Assembly: GCA_009914755.4 (NCBI GenBank)
Contig: CP068257.2
Location: 36,768,001 to 36,832,000, forward strand
Direction: 5' to 3'
Source of the DNA: the human T2T-CHM13v2.0 reference genome, Homo sapiens
DNA: 64,000 bases
This document shows, piece after piece, positions 40,868 through 54,520 of the stretch. The notes beneath the pieces are model-generated. The model made no database searches. It was not told the origin of the DNA and worked only from the letters and a program-made list of their open reading frames with translations. Position numbers and translations under genes: made by a program. Every line of letters starts with the position of its first letter. The first letter of the stretch is position 1.

Positions 40868-42057
40868 TTAAGCAGAAAACAGAAAATACATGTCAGTGCC
40901 TTCTTAGATGGTTAACACGTAGATGGTAAACCCAGGGTCACTGTAGCTGAGAAGTATTAATATTTAGGGTCTGTTGTCTAAGGCGGATTTCCAGAAATGC
41001 CTCTCAGGCTCTATCCAATGCATACATTTTTTTCATATTCCTTGGAATCTGGGAACCTTCGCTTTCTCTAGATTTTAGATTTCTATCCCAGTGTTTCTGG
41101 TTGTGGGATCCACGCCAATGAAGCCTCATTTATCTCCTCCACTTCTTGTTAGTTGGAGTTCTGCAGAGAACTTGGACAATCAAAAAACTATGGGCTTGGC
41201 ATGGATGTGAACTTCAAGTCTAAGGAGGTCAAAACCATCTGAGGCAGGAGCGCACTTTCTGAGTGGGGTGAGATGGAGAAGGTCATTCCACACCTGAAAG
41301 CCATAGCTGGGATGTGGACAGGAAGGGAAAGTGTTTGTTCAGCATGTGGGAACTTGAAAATATAGGTTTGTTCTCAGCATCACTTACAAATGTGTCTGAA
41401 GCCTATGGAGGGATCTTAGGTGTTGGCAGTGAAGAGGGTACACTGCCATCTGCGGATGGAGGTTACAGTCAGGGTCACGCAGGACTCAGGCCCTAACATG
41501 GGCCTGGAATGCACAGCCCTGCCTGATGGCATCCTCACAGCTGTGCTAACATGAAGGAAATTTTAAAATAATAATGGTCTGAGTTCCCATGAAGTAGATC
41601 CTGAATATTTCCACCGCTGCCTACACATGCATTATTTCCTCTTGATGCTATTTTTCCTGGCTTCACACATTTATCTCTAAAAGACCCATCCTAATATGAA
41701 AACACAGAGTGTCTTCACTTAGACTGAGTTTCCTATTCCTCTGGAAAATTCCATCAGTTGAGTAGAGTGTATATGTTTTGGTATATTTGTCTCAAGGAGA
41801 GAAGTTACCAGGGAAGAGAAGTTAGAGGGATTAGGTTCTTTAGGAAAAAGACTTTGCCCAGATGATGTGAGTAACTCAAGTAACAACTATAAAATCTAGA
41901 CAACCTTTGTTCAGATTCAATCATTCACTCATCCATTTAGACAGCTGTTATCAAGTGCCGGCCGTATACCAGGTCCCATCAATTCTTTCTTCTCCAACAA
42001 CGCAGTTAACAATTTGAAAAGTAAAAGATCAAAGAGATGTATAAAATTATAGAAACA

Positions 42058-42350
<293 letters not shown>

Positions 42351-42509
42351 GAATTATAGAAACAGGGGACATTGAGGATTTTGAACCCTTCAGACCAACC
42401 CCTTTTTCATTTTCTTTTAGTTCTTTCTAGTTTAATTTTCATATCCGAGGACAAGAACTCTAGGCATAGATCACAAGAGTTTCTCTGTGACATTAAAGTA
42501 GATCCTTCA

Positions 42510-42782
42510 GGCTGGTTGCGGCAGCTCATGCCTGTAATCTCAGCACTTTGGGAGGCTGAGGCAGGCAGATCACTTGAGGCTAAGTGTTCGAGACCAGCCT
42601 GGCCTCCCAAGTAGCTGGCATTACAGGCGCCTGCCACCACGCCTGGCTGATTTTTGTATTTTTAGTAGAGACGGGGTTTCACCATGTTGGCCAGGCTGGT
42701 CTCGAACTCCTGACCTAAGGTGATCCTTCTGCCTTGGCTTCCCAAGGTGCTGGGATTACAGGCGTGAGCCACTTCACCCAGG
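42510..42782. mobile_element. Composite inverted Alu structure. A plus-oriented Alu left arm (42510-42604) is fused head-on to a minus-oriented Alu (42605-42782), giving ~95-bp inverted-repeat arms around a ~85-bp spacer.
   Basis: ggctggttgcggcagctcatgcctgtaatctcagcactttgggaggctgaggcaggcagatcacttgaggctaagtgttcgagaccagcctggcc is immediately followed by tcccaagtagctggcattacaggcgcctgccaccacgcctggctgatttttgtatttttagtagagacggggtttcaccatgttggccaggctggtctcgaactcctgacctaaggtgatcc...ggattacaggcgtgagccacttcacccagg. Confidence 0.85.
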
Positions 42783-43314
42783 TTTCTCTTGCAAATTTTA
42801 ACAGCAAAAGAGTAGCCTTAACATGTTTGGGATCTGTTTTGGAAGCTTAATAGTTATCAGTCTTCACCACAGCGAACTGTGTTGCTGGCATTGTCTCCAC
42901 TTTCCAGAGGTGTGAACTGAGTACTCAAAACACAAGGGGCTGGCTCCAGGAGTCACAGCCAGGAGGAGGTAGAATGAGACTTCAGTGCGGGTGGCCCGAA
43001 CTCTCCATCCCTGCTTCTTAACCCTGAACAGAATGACTCCACAAAGTAAAGGCAAGACAATGTCTTTTCAAAGGTAACTAGATCTTCATTTCAGGAAGGC
43101 ATCAGGGACTCCCTGACCCATACACTACTCTGGTTTAAGGTGTACACTAAAGCACTCATCCTGACATACTCTCCTACCCTGGGACTGTTCATTCCCTGAA
43201 AAGCATGTGCATGACACAAACAGGGCACATATACAAGATGCAAATAAGAAAGAGGAGTGATTCCTGGAGAAGAAAAGAATTTTCAGAGATATCTGCTTTA
43301 CTTAAGAAAAGGAC

Positions 43315-43600
43315 GCCAGGCACAGTGGCTCACGCATATAATCCCAGCATTTTGGGAGGCCAAGATAGGTGAATTGTTTTAGCTCAGGAGTTCAAGACCA
43401 GCCTGGACAACATGAAAAATGTGTTTACAAAAAATACAAAAATTAGTCGGGCATGGTGTGCACCTGTAGTCCCAGCTACTCAGGAGGCTCAGGTGGGAGG
43501 ATCACCTGAGCCTGGGGAGGTTGAGACTGCAGTGAGCTGAGATCATGCTACTGCACTGCAGCCTGGACAACAGAGCAAAACCGTGTCTCAAAAAAAAAAC
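43315..43600 (+). mobile_element. Alu SINE (diverged).
   Basis: gccaggcacagtggctcacgcatataatcccagcattttgggaggccaagataggtgaattg...gagctgagatcatgctactgcactgcagcctggacaacagagcaaaaccgtgtctcaaaaaaaaaa. Confidence 0.88.
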
Positions 43601-44289
43601 AAAAGAGAGAAAAAAAGAAAAGGAAATTTTATCACAATTCAGAGAACTGAAAAGTGTTCATTTGAAAGTCTCACTATAAATACATTTCTAGCTCTGTGCC
43701 CAAGAAAAGATCCACACTGCACAAATGTGTGTCTTGATTACTCCACTGCAACCCCACCTTCACCAGGCATTCCGAGGCTCACACATCGCCGGGAAAAAGT
43801 TCCCGCAAACAGCTTGGTATGTCACCTGCACCAAGCGCTGCCCAGCATAGAGGACCACGTGTTCTCCATTCTCACATGATAAGGATTTGGACGTTCAATG
43901 CATTGTTTTATTGTGCACATGACAAAGAGTATGCTGTGCAGGGAATGAACAGTCCTGAAGTAGGACAGTGTGTCAGGATGAGTGCTGCAATGTACACTTT
44001 AAACCAGAGTAGTGTATGGGTCAGGGAGTCCCTGATGCCTTCCTGAAATGAAGACTAGTTACCTTTTAAACATACACATACTTTTAAACATACACATACT
44101 TGCATATGTGTGTTGCAGCAGTTCCTGAGAATATTCTCAGGCTATTCAGCAGGTGCCTGTCAAACAGATAATCATTTAGTAAATATTAAATGTATCTGTC
44201 TTTTTGTTTGGGGTGGAAATTTCTTTATTGCAAATAAGCGTGGTTCAAGATATTGCTCTCACAGACTCCTTTGAGGACAAACAAAAATC

Positions 44290-46000
44290 ATTTTGTCTTT
44301 TTATTTAATTTAAATAGTTTTGGGGGAACAGGTGGTGTCTGGTTACACGAATAAGTTCTTTAGTGGTGATTTCTGAGATTTTGTTGCACCCATCACCCAA
44401 GCAGTAAACACTGTACCCAGTGTGCAATCTTTTCTCCCTCACCCACTCCCATGCTTCCCCCAGAGTCCCCAAAGTCCACTGTATCATTCTTATGCTTTTG
44501 TGTCCTCATAGCTTAGCTTCTAGTTATAAGTGAGAACACACAATATTTGGTTTTCCATTCCTGAGTTACTTCGGTTAGAATAATGGTCTCCAACTCCATC
44601 CAAGTTGCTGCAAATGCCATTTTCTTCCTTTTCATGGGTGCATAGTATTCCATGGTGTGTGTGTGTATATACACACACGCATATATACACATATACCCAC
44701 ACATATACATATGTATATATGTACATATACACATATATGTATATCTACATATGCACACATATACATATATAATATGTACACATATACATATATATGTACA
44801 CATATACACATGTACATGCGCACATATAAACATGTGTGTATACATGTATACACGTGTACACATGTACATATACACATATGTGTATATACATGTATACACA
44901 TGTACATATATACATATGTGTATATACATGTATACACATGTACATATATACATATGTGTATATATACATGTATACACATGTACATATATACATATGTGTA
45001 TATATACATGTATACACATGTACATATATACATATGTGTATATATACATGTATACACATGTACATATATACATATGTGTATATATACATATATACACATG
45101 TACATATATACATATATGTGTATATATGTATATATGTGTGTATACATGTATATGTGTGTGCATATATGTCTATATATATGTGTGTATATATATATACACA
45201 CACACACACACACCACATTTTCTTTATCCACTCATTGGTTGATGGGCATTTAGGCTGGTTCCACATTTTTGCAATTGCGAATTGTGCTGCTATAAACATG
45301 CATGCGCAAGTGTCTTTTTCATTTCCTCTGGGTAGATAACCAGTGGTGGGATTGCTGGATCAAATGGTAGTTTTACTTCTAATTTTCCATACTGTTTTCC
45401 ACAGTGGTTGTACTAGTTCCATAGTGGTTGTACTAGTTTCCATGCTGTTTTCCATAGTGGTTGTACTAGTTTACATTCCCATTGGCAGTGTAAAAGTGTT
45501 CCCTTTTCACCATATCCATGCCAACATCTATTTTTTTTTTATTTTTAATGATGGCCATTCTTGCAGGAGTAAAATGGTATCACCCTGTGGTCTTGATTTG
45601 CATTTCCCTGATAACAAGTGATGTTGAGTGTTTTTTCATGTTTGTTGGCCATTTGTATTTCTTCTTTTGAGAATTGTCTATTCATGTCCTTAACCCATTT
45701 TTTGATGAAATTATTTATTTTTTTCTTGCTGATTTGTTTGAGTTGTCGATTCTGGATATTAGTCCTTTGTCAAATGCATAGTTTGCAAATATTTTCTTCC
45801 ACTCTGTGGGTTGTCTGTTTGCTGATTATTTCTTTTGCTGTGAAGAAAGTTTTTGGTTTAACTAAGTCCCATCTATTTATCTTTGTTTTTGTTGCATTTG
45901 CTTTTGGATTCTTGGTCATGAACTGTTATTCTCAAATTTACATTTTCAGTTCCAGGTTCTATTTGTCACCCACAGACATTAGTCTTGACAGTCCTATGCA
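44290..46000 (-). mobile_element. L1 (LINE-1, L1PA/L1PB-like) 3' fragment in minus orientation. It covers the C-terminal part of ORF2 and the 3'UTR, and is interrupted by an internal minisatellite.
   Basis: Minus-strand ORFs encode L1 ORF2 C-terminal peptides (MFIAAQFAIAKMWNQPKCPSTNEWIKKMW...; ...MEYYAPMKRKKMAFAATWMELETIILTEVTQEWKTKYCVFSLI). The plus strand carries the typical L1 antisense motifs ccattcctgagttacttcggttagaataatggtctccaactccatccaagttgctgcaaatgcc and ...ccactcattggttgatgggcatttaggctggttccacatttttgcaattgcgaattgtgctgctataaacatgc. Confidence 0.85.
44640..45215. repeat. Complex TG/TA-rich minisatellite inside the L1. Units of about 60 bp (variants of tgtatacacatgtacatatatacatatgtgtatatatacatg) are flanked by (TG)n and (CA)n.
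   Basis: Visibly periodic. Lines 44881-45120 repeat catatgtgtatatatacatgtatacacatgtacatatata almost exactly. The run creates stop-free artefact ORFs in all frames. Confidence 0.9.
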
Positions 46001-47544
46001 ATATGTGGCATCAACAAGAGTAAACAGGAGCTGGGAAGACAGATACTTCCCTCTGCTCACAGCAGCAGAAATTCCACATTAGCCAGGGGGCCCCAAGAGG
46101 TGGGGGGCTGGTTCAGAATTCTGAGAAAGAACTGAACAATAGCCCAATGGCTGGGATATTAAAAAGCCAGCCATAACACCTCACAACTCCCTAGCAACAC
46201 CCTTGGGGCCACACAGCCTCAAACTCCTGAGCTCAAGCAATCCTCCTTGGTTCAGCCTCCCTATGAATAGCTGGGACTACAGGCCACACTCCTTGAGGAG
46301 TGTAACCTCTGCAGCAATCTCACACTTTTCCATGGCATTTGGTCATAACTGTGGTCACTCACAGGAACACAGAAATAGTGTAGGAAGACAACCAAACATT
46401 CATGATGGAAATAAAAAAAACCAGAATGCTGGTGTCCTTCTTCTAGTAACTGGAGACGTGCCCAATGAAACTGGCTTGTTGAGCTTCAAACAATAATCTC
46501 CCTTAAACAGCAGTTGGAGAATTAAGTTCTAATCATTTAAAATCATGAGCACTGACTTCTTAAAACATACTAGTATTCTGAATTAATGAGAAAAGGACAC
46601 GGCAAAGAATATCAAATACATTGGAAATTTTGTTAAATTTGAGTTAAGGAGAGAAGGCAGACACGTTGCTAAGCCCAGTTGGGTTCTCATAGGGTTACTG
46701 AATCAGAGGGCTGGAAGAAGCCCCATTTTCAAGCCCCCAGACATGACTGTCTGGAAACCACTTGGATGAACAAGAGTTTAGCTTCGTTAACAGTTTTTTA
46801 GGGAGGGGCTTCGTAATTTTCCTCTGCAACTCCAGAGTTCTATTTATAAATATGTATAGTGGTTTTAAATAGCCATTATTCCCCTACCTGTGTGCAAGCT
46901 ATGTGAAGTTTGGGGTGGCTTATAAAAATACATATAAGACAAAATGATAACATAAATAATTAACAGAATAAAAATGAGGAAACAAGGGCCAAAAAGGAAT
47001 TAAGAGATGAAAGCAGCCCACTGAGTAAGCTTACTATTTATCCTGCTGAGGTAGGATACCAATTCAACTCTGAGCTTTCTACTAGCCAAAGCAAAGACAC
47101 AAGTGCATCTGATGACAAGGTTTGAGGTATTAATAAGCTACATACAAACCAGTTATTCAGCAGAAATAAAGCTCTCCCTGGGTTAAGCTTTGAGAGTTTT
47201 TCTCGGGGCTTCTCATGAAGAAAACTGGATTATGCAGTAAACAATATCGTTCCCAACATCTCATAATACATCTAAGACCATCCCGCACCGTGCCAGGCGT
47301 AGCTGGTGGCAGAGCAGGACGCTCCCTGCACACAGTGCTCACATGCTGCAGCCACAGAGGATGAGAGACGGCATGTCCCCAGCCTCTCCTCCTTACTGGC
47401 TGCCATTGGAAAGATCAGACCTGTCAGAGAAGTCAATGCAAAAACATGAAAAAAACGTGTAATTAAAAAAGGAGAAAACCTTGAGAGATGCAGTGTTATA
47501 CATGCCTCTAGTTTCATAACTCCCAAATTTCTAGATTTGATTTG

Positions 47545-47838
<294 letters not shown>

Positions 47839-48089
47839 AAACCCCTAATTTCTAGATTTTAAATTCAAATTTACCAACACTAAATAGGGTCATGTTTATG
47901 TCTCCCAAGAGCACCAAATGCACTGTGGGTAAACAAATCTTTCCAGGCCTCAGTTGGTTAATCTTCCAACCAGTATTTCACTGTTGACTAATGATGAGCA
48001 TGGCTCCAGACTCTTTCCACGTGTTTATGTTATAATAAACATATGGATAAAGCATTTAACATGGTGCCTGGCACATGACCACGCCAGGT

Positions 48090-48290
48090 GTCAGCTATTG
48101 CTGTTAGTTCATTTCATCTGCACATCTCCATGACAGAAATACTCGAAAGCAGGAGCCTTGTTACAGATGAAGCACAGAGAGGTTGGATAACTTGCCCAAG
48201 ATCACACAGCCAGTAGTGGAAGAATTGGGATTTGAACCTAGATAGTCATGGTCTCGACTCCAAGTACTTCACTGCCCCACTCTATGCCCT
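48090..48290 (-). mobile_element. MIR SINE, minus orientation.
   Basis: ttacagatgaagcacagagaggttggataacttgcccaagatcacacagccagtagtggaagaattgggatttgaacctagatagtc. Confidence 0.75.
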
Positions 48291-51200
48291 TGCTTGGTAA
48301 ATCCGTGTGAGGAGTCTTTCATAGACCTAAAGCACCATTGAATGGATCCTCAGAAAACTTAATTTCATCACTATTAAGTATTCTAAAAGAACATCTTCAG
48401 AGTGGCCCTGAAGACAGTCATGGATGAGGGTTACAGACGTGAGCTGAGCAGGGCAGCCACGAAGGAGCAAGGCAGGGCCCCGTGGGAGACTTGGAAGGTG
48501 GCAATGTTTATGTCGAGATATAAATAGGTTTTGATAAGTTTGGTCTAAAAGAAATAGTCATCTCAATTTGCAGTTAAGCGTTCTATGCTTCTCCCCAAAA
48601 CTTCATTGCTGTGCCCAGCAGGGTGCATGTTTTACACAGATGATGGGCAAACATTCTTAAGTGCAAAAGGAAACCAGACAAAAAGTCCCCATGACGAGAC
48701 AGCCGAGTGGGAGTGCATCTGACTCTGACTGCAGGCCCAAAAAGATGGAGGTGAGGACCAGGACAGGAGCTGGACCACTGGGGAGGCAGTCAATCTAATT
48801 TTTTAAGATTAAATAAAATAAGTCCAAGATGAAAGCCTCCTTGAGCTGTCGTCCATACATAATACCCCTTAAACAAAAAAAAAGCGGGGTTGGTGGTGGG
48901 GACTAATATTACTGAAAAAACATACTGAGAAATGTAAAATTTGGTCTTTAGTCTTTGAAAAACAAAATAAACTTGGCATCTGACTTTGGTTTTCTCACAT
49001 CAGAGTCTACTTACAGCGAGGCAATTTCCGTCATGGAAAGAACCCGCAATGAAATGGCACAGCCGTGGCCATTAGCTTGACAAGCATGGAGCCTCAGCCC
49101 TTGTGAGTGTGAATGGGCCTCATTTATCCAAGAACGGCACTGAATACATCCCAGAGGGGCAGCCCCAAGCTCGCTGGCCACATTAAATCTGATTCACCCT
49201 CACTTCAGAACACTTAGCAGGGGCCCACTCCTTGGAGAAAGTCCAAGGCAAGTCAGAATGTAATTGCGGAAATCAATATGTCTTCTTCTTTGAGTCAGTG
49301 GAGGCAAACCCGCTAATCCTGTCGAAAATCTACCTATTCTTCTAGAGCCATCCTCCTTCCTAATCCTCTGAATTCCTCTTGCACCTGGACACGACTTTCC
49401 AGCCCCTTGTTCTCCATCACATGCTGGTGAAATGTCCCCGAACTCTTCCAAAGCTTTCTCCCTCCTGCTACCAGAGTGCTCTCCCCCAAACAGAAATGCA
49501 AGCTGCCCATGTCCAACCTAACCCCCATCATGGCCCAGAGCCCCTCCCTAGATTCTCCTCAGTGATCTGGCTCTGGAGCCCCTCAATTCACTCATTTGTT
49601 TAGCAAATATCTGTGGAGCATCTTTCTAGGCCAAGCACTGCCCCAGGTACTGGAGTTATATCAGTGTCTCTATTAACATGGGGCTGGCATTTGAGTAGCC
49701 AAAGCCCCTCTCCCCAACTCCATGTGCTCTGTGCTCAAAGACCACATTCCACATCACCCCCTAGTCTCTTCCCTTCAGGCCTTCACTTTTGCTACTCCCT
49801 CTGCCTTCAAGGCCTATGACCACCTGATACCTGCCCTATTCACCTGTTCACCACCTGGTACCTGCTCTATTCACCTGTCCATGCTCACCTCTAGGTTCTC
49901 TACAAGCCTTTCCTGGGCCGCCAGAGAGGAATGTCTCCCTTCCAATTGCACCATTCTCTGTATTTTCTCAGTAAGTGTCTGCAGGATGAGTGAGTACATT
50001 TATGAATGAATCTTCCATTTAAATATTGAGTTCCTTATCTCATACCTGCAGTGCAAGAGAAAGCCCCTCGTGTTGCAGTCAGAAAACCATTGCTGACCTT
50101 GGTTGACCTTAGATGGGTCACCTAACCTTTCGAGGCTCAACTCCTTCATTCATAAAAATGAATGGATGCTTTCTTGAGGTTGCTGTGAGGACATCCCTGA
50201 GATGATGCCTGTGAAGAAAGTCTGCAAACTGTGAAGCACTATACAGATTAACACAGCAACATACTGCATGTGCATGGCTGTGCATGCGTGTATGTGGGTG
50301 TAAATGTGAGGCTTTTTGTTCTTGGCAACTGTTCATAACTGTACCTCGGTGAACTCTTAGGTAGGTCAGGAAGCTAAGGTTTACTATTGTGCAGTGTTCA
50401 GCATGCAACTGCTTTTTGGAATGTCACTGTCTTTCTGAATGTTCCTTTTGGTTTATTAGGTTAGTTCACATTAAGAAGAACTTGGTGAGGAAGCCACATG
50501 GAAGAAATGGAAAGGCTTTCTTTGGCAGCTCTACCCTAAGAGGGCAAAGGGGTCAGTTCTGCGAGAGAACCCCCACAAGGAGGCTGGCCCGGGACAAGCA
50601 TTCCAGGCCTGTCTCAAGTCTGAATACAAATAAATCCCTTCTCAGGTGGTTTTCTTCATAAGGATCCTAAAAGCATATACTTAGTCCTAATCGACTGAGC
50701 AAGCTCCTAATCAAGTTTCATAGTGTGAATCGAGGTCAGTCACCACAAAAGGTATTTTTAGGACCCCAGACAAGGAGGGGATTGTCTGGAGCGCTGCAGG
50801 GTAATTTGTGGGTCTGTTTTATTTCTGAATCAGAGGCAGTGGAAAAGCTGTTTCAGACCCCATGGCTGGAGCAGCGGGTGGAGCTCAGCAGTGATTCATG
50901 TAGAACTCCGGGCTCAAACTGAAACCGTAGATGTTTGTCTTCACAGCTGTGTGTTATTTTTACCCTTACTAAATATTCTCTCTTACACCTGGAATTTCAG
51001 CCTCTTCCCAACAGTCCTGTTCCTTCCCCCTTCCCTGAAGCAGTTGAAGACAAAATTAATTAAAAAGTCACCACCAGCTCACCAACAGTTAGTTCTTTGT
51101 CCCCTTAAAGGGGCTCGATGTTTCCCTGAGAAAGTTTCATTATTTAAGTTTATATTTCTCTTTACAGCCAAAAACGAATGCCAGCAAGACCGTGTTGCTT

Positions 51201-51462
51201 TTAGATCTTGAAAACTGGAGGGAAATGCACCATTTTGGGATTCATCATTTGAAAACAAAATGTTCTGTAGCATAAGATCTCTACAAGCAGTTACATGACA
51301 AAGATCAGATGTGACATCTTTTCTATCTTGTGCACGTCTTTTAATTTGTCTGAAAGACTCCTTTTTCAGAGAAGAAAGGATTGAGCCCAATAGCCAGTAT
51401 GGTGCTTCATGTTTTTATAACAGGCCAGGTGAATCCTGGTAACCAAAACAATTTTACTTTCT

Positions 51463-51690
51463 TTTTTTCTTTTTTTTTTTTTTTTGAGACGGAGTTTTGC
51501 TCTTGTTGCCTAGGCTGGAGTGCAATGGCGCGATCTCAGCTCACTGCAACCTCCGCCCCCACTGGGTTCAAGCGATTCTCCCGCCTCAGCCTCCGGGATT
51601 ATAGGCACCTGGCTAATTTTTTTTTTAATATATATTTTTAGTAGAGATGGGGTTTCACCATGTTGGCCAGGCTGGTCTCGAACTCCTGAC
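51463..51690 (-). mobile_element. Truncated Alu, minus orientation (poly-T head; the part corresponding to the Alu 5' end is missing).
   Basis: tttttttttttttttttgagacggagttttgctcttgttgcctaggctggagtgcaatggcgcgatctcagctcactgcaacctccgcc...ggtctcgaactcctgaccc. Confidence 0.85.
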
Positions 51691-52325
51691 CCACCTATTA
51701 TTTTTAAAATGTGATTGTTTTGGAAACACCTGGTGAGGTTAATGTAAAGGTGAGTGCAGGTGAACTGACCTGATGTGATAAAGTAAGATAGTAATAAATG
51801 TTTCTAAAATGTGTAACATATACAAAAAATCAAAATGCAGTTGGCACTTGGATTTGGTGCATCTTGTCACTGCTTGTCTGACACGTGGAGAGAACCTTGC
51901 TATCCCTCTCAATGCAGGAAAGACGTTCAGCTTCTTCTAAGAAGCCCTGAGGGAGTGAAGAAGAGTCCAGGCCTGTGGTCAAATGGCCAACTTTCACTTT
52001 CACTAACTTTCACTTGAGCAAGTGACGAAAACTTTTGGAAACTCAGTGGTCATCCGTAAATGTGAATAATCATAATAATGTCATCTCATAGATGTTTGAG
52101 AAAACTGGACAATATGTTGTATACCAAAATCTATTAATAAATCATGTGGGTTTTAGAAATATGGGTTAATATTATCCCTTTCAGGGTCTTTTTCTCCTGC
52201 CCAGGTAGAGTTGATGGTACCCTCATATCTGTTATTGCTGGGCCCTGAACATCGCTCTGTACTGAATGTGTCTTATGATCTCACAGAATCTTTTTCACCT
52301 TTGGTAGACCATGAGCTCCTCTTAG

Positions 52326-52638
<313 letters not shown>

Positions 52639-54254
52639 AGCTTCACTTAATTCTTAATCCATCTCCATCGAAGCTAACACAGTCCATGATGCAGATTAAA
52701 CACTAAATACACGTTGGTTTCCTGCAGCATTTGTCAACTTCGACACTAGTGCCACTCGGAGCCAGGTCACTCTTTGGACAGGTGGGGGTGGGGGCTGCAG
52801 GGGCGCTGCCCTGTGTACTGCAGGATGTCCCCGGCCTCTACCCACCAGACACCAGTAACACCTCCCAGCTGTGACCAGCAGAAACACGAGCATTGGCAAA
52901 TGCCTCTGGGGGCCACATCACGATGGTTGAGAACCACTGGGCTAATGAATTAAGATCCACTGAGCTCAGGCAAGGAGGCAAGAGCCTCTTGTTTTACCTG
53001 GTGTTTATTAGAGAGAAGTTCCTGTCCCCAGTGTCTGGGGTGATGCTTAAAAGGGGCCCTTAAAGGGGCCTCTATGCTCATGAGGATTCCTAGTTATGGT
53101 TTGTCCGTACCTTGTTTGGGGTACATTCCCCAAGCCTTGGCCCATCCTCGCTTCCTCTTTTCCTCATGCCATATGTCCAACCCATCAGCAAAGCACGTTA
53201 ATTCCACCTTCCAACTATACCCAGGATGCGACTGCCTCTCCCACCCTCCCTTGCTACCACTCTCACCCACTCTCACGCAGATGTCTCCCATCCTACACCC
53301 ACATTTTCTCAGGAAGACTTCAACACAGGAGCCAGAGAGGCCCTGCAAAATCTAAGTAACACTATATCCCTCCTTTGCCTCAAGTCCCCTAATGATTTCT
53401 GAACTCACCAGAAAGTCAAAGTCAAAGTCCGGCAATGGCCCCACGGGCTCTCCAAACTCATCATCTATTACTCTTCTTCTTGGACACTAAACAGCAGCCA
53501 CGATGGCCTGCTTGTTGTCCTCGAACACCTCAAGCTGACCTCAGGGCCTTTGCATTTAGCATTCCCTCCTCTTGGAATATTTTCTGCTGTTTAATCACGG
53601 GCCTTCTCCCTCAACTGCCTTTGCAGCTTTACTCAAACATCACTTTTTTGTGATCTTCTCCAGCCACCTTCTTTAGAGCTGCCATCCGCTTCACGTCTTT
53701 ATTTTTCTCCTTAGCATTTACCATGATCTAACCTGCTGTGTTTTCATAAGTGGTCTGATGTCATGACCATCTTCACTGCTAGAAAGTGAACTTAGTGAGG
53801 CAAAACTTTTTTGTATATTTTATCACTCTATCCCAAGAGACTAGGAAAGTAGGTGCTCAATAAATATTCATTGAATGAATGAATGACTCCACGCATAAAC
53901 AGTATGTCTAAGGCCCTGATGGACCCAGCAGATACTCCCTACTTTTTCTCATCTCCATCACATGACAAATGGCATGTTTTTTAAATAACATCTATAAAAC
54001 ATCCTGCTATCTGACCCGAGGCTGGAGTTATTCATGGCATGCAATGAATCTATCCCAGAGAGAGGCAAGGCCCAGATAGCATTGTCTCTCGCTGCACAGG
54101 CCCAGCTGGGCAAAGCGCCAATGTGGCGGGAGGGAAGGAGGTATTTCTCAACTCAGGCAAGGACTTCTGGGGAACAACCCCACCTCCGCGTAGATCCTCC
54201 CAGATCATTCGCTGGGTGGGTCACCTTTACCCAGCTGCTGGGCTTTCTCATTTT

Positions 54255-54520
54255 TCATCTCCTTGGATCGTGCAACAGAGCAGTGGTTCTCAGACTACCA
54301 GGCATCGGAATCCCGCAGAGGGCTCCTTCAAACACAGCGTGCTGGGCTGCCACCCAGGTCTCTTCCGATTCTAGGGCAGGGCCTAAGAAGCCGCATCTCA
54401 AACAAGCTCCCAGGTGGAGGTGATGCTGCTGGTCCCGGAGCCCACGCTGAGAATCACCACACCGGGGGAACCCTCACTCAACAGAATCAAACATGGCAAT
54501 GGCTCCAGGTGGCCTGCAGA
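54255..54520. mobile_element. Second, more diverged MER5-like MITE copy. It accounts for much of the local GC/CpG content and the multi-frame ORFs at 54034..54529.
   Basis: gcagtggttctcagactaccaggcatcggaatcccgcagagggctccttcaaacacagcgtgctgggctgccacccagg...ctcccaggtggaggtgatgctgctggtcccggagcccacgctgagaatcaccacacc. Confidence 0.5.

Noticed and set aside
44513-45339. Cluster of very long ORFs (160-216 aa) on both strands, for example 44513..45163(-) and 44652..45242(+).
   Set aside because: They lie entirely within the TG/TA minisatellite. The peptides are Y/I/C/T/H/M low-complexity repeats, and the ORFs exist in every frame because the repeat has no stop codons. Not genes.
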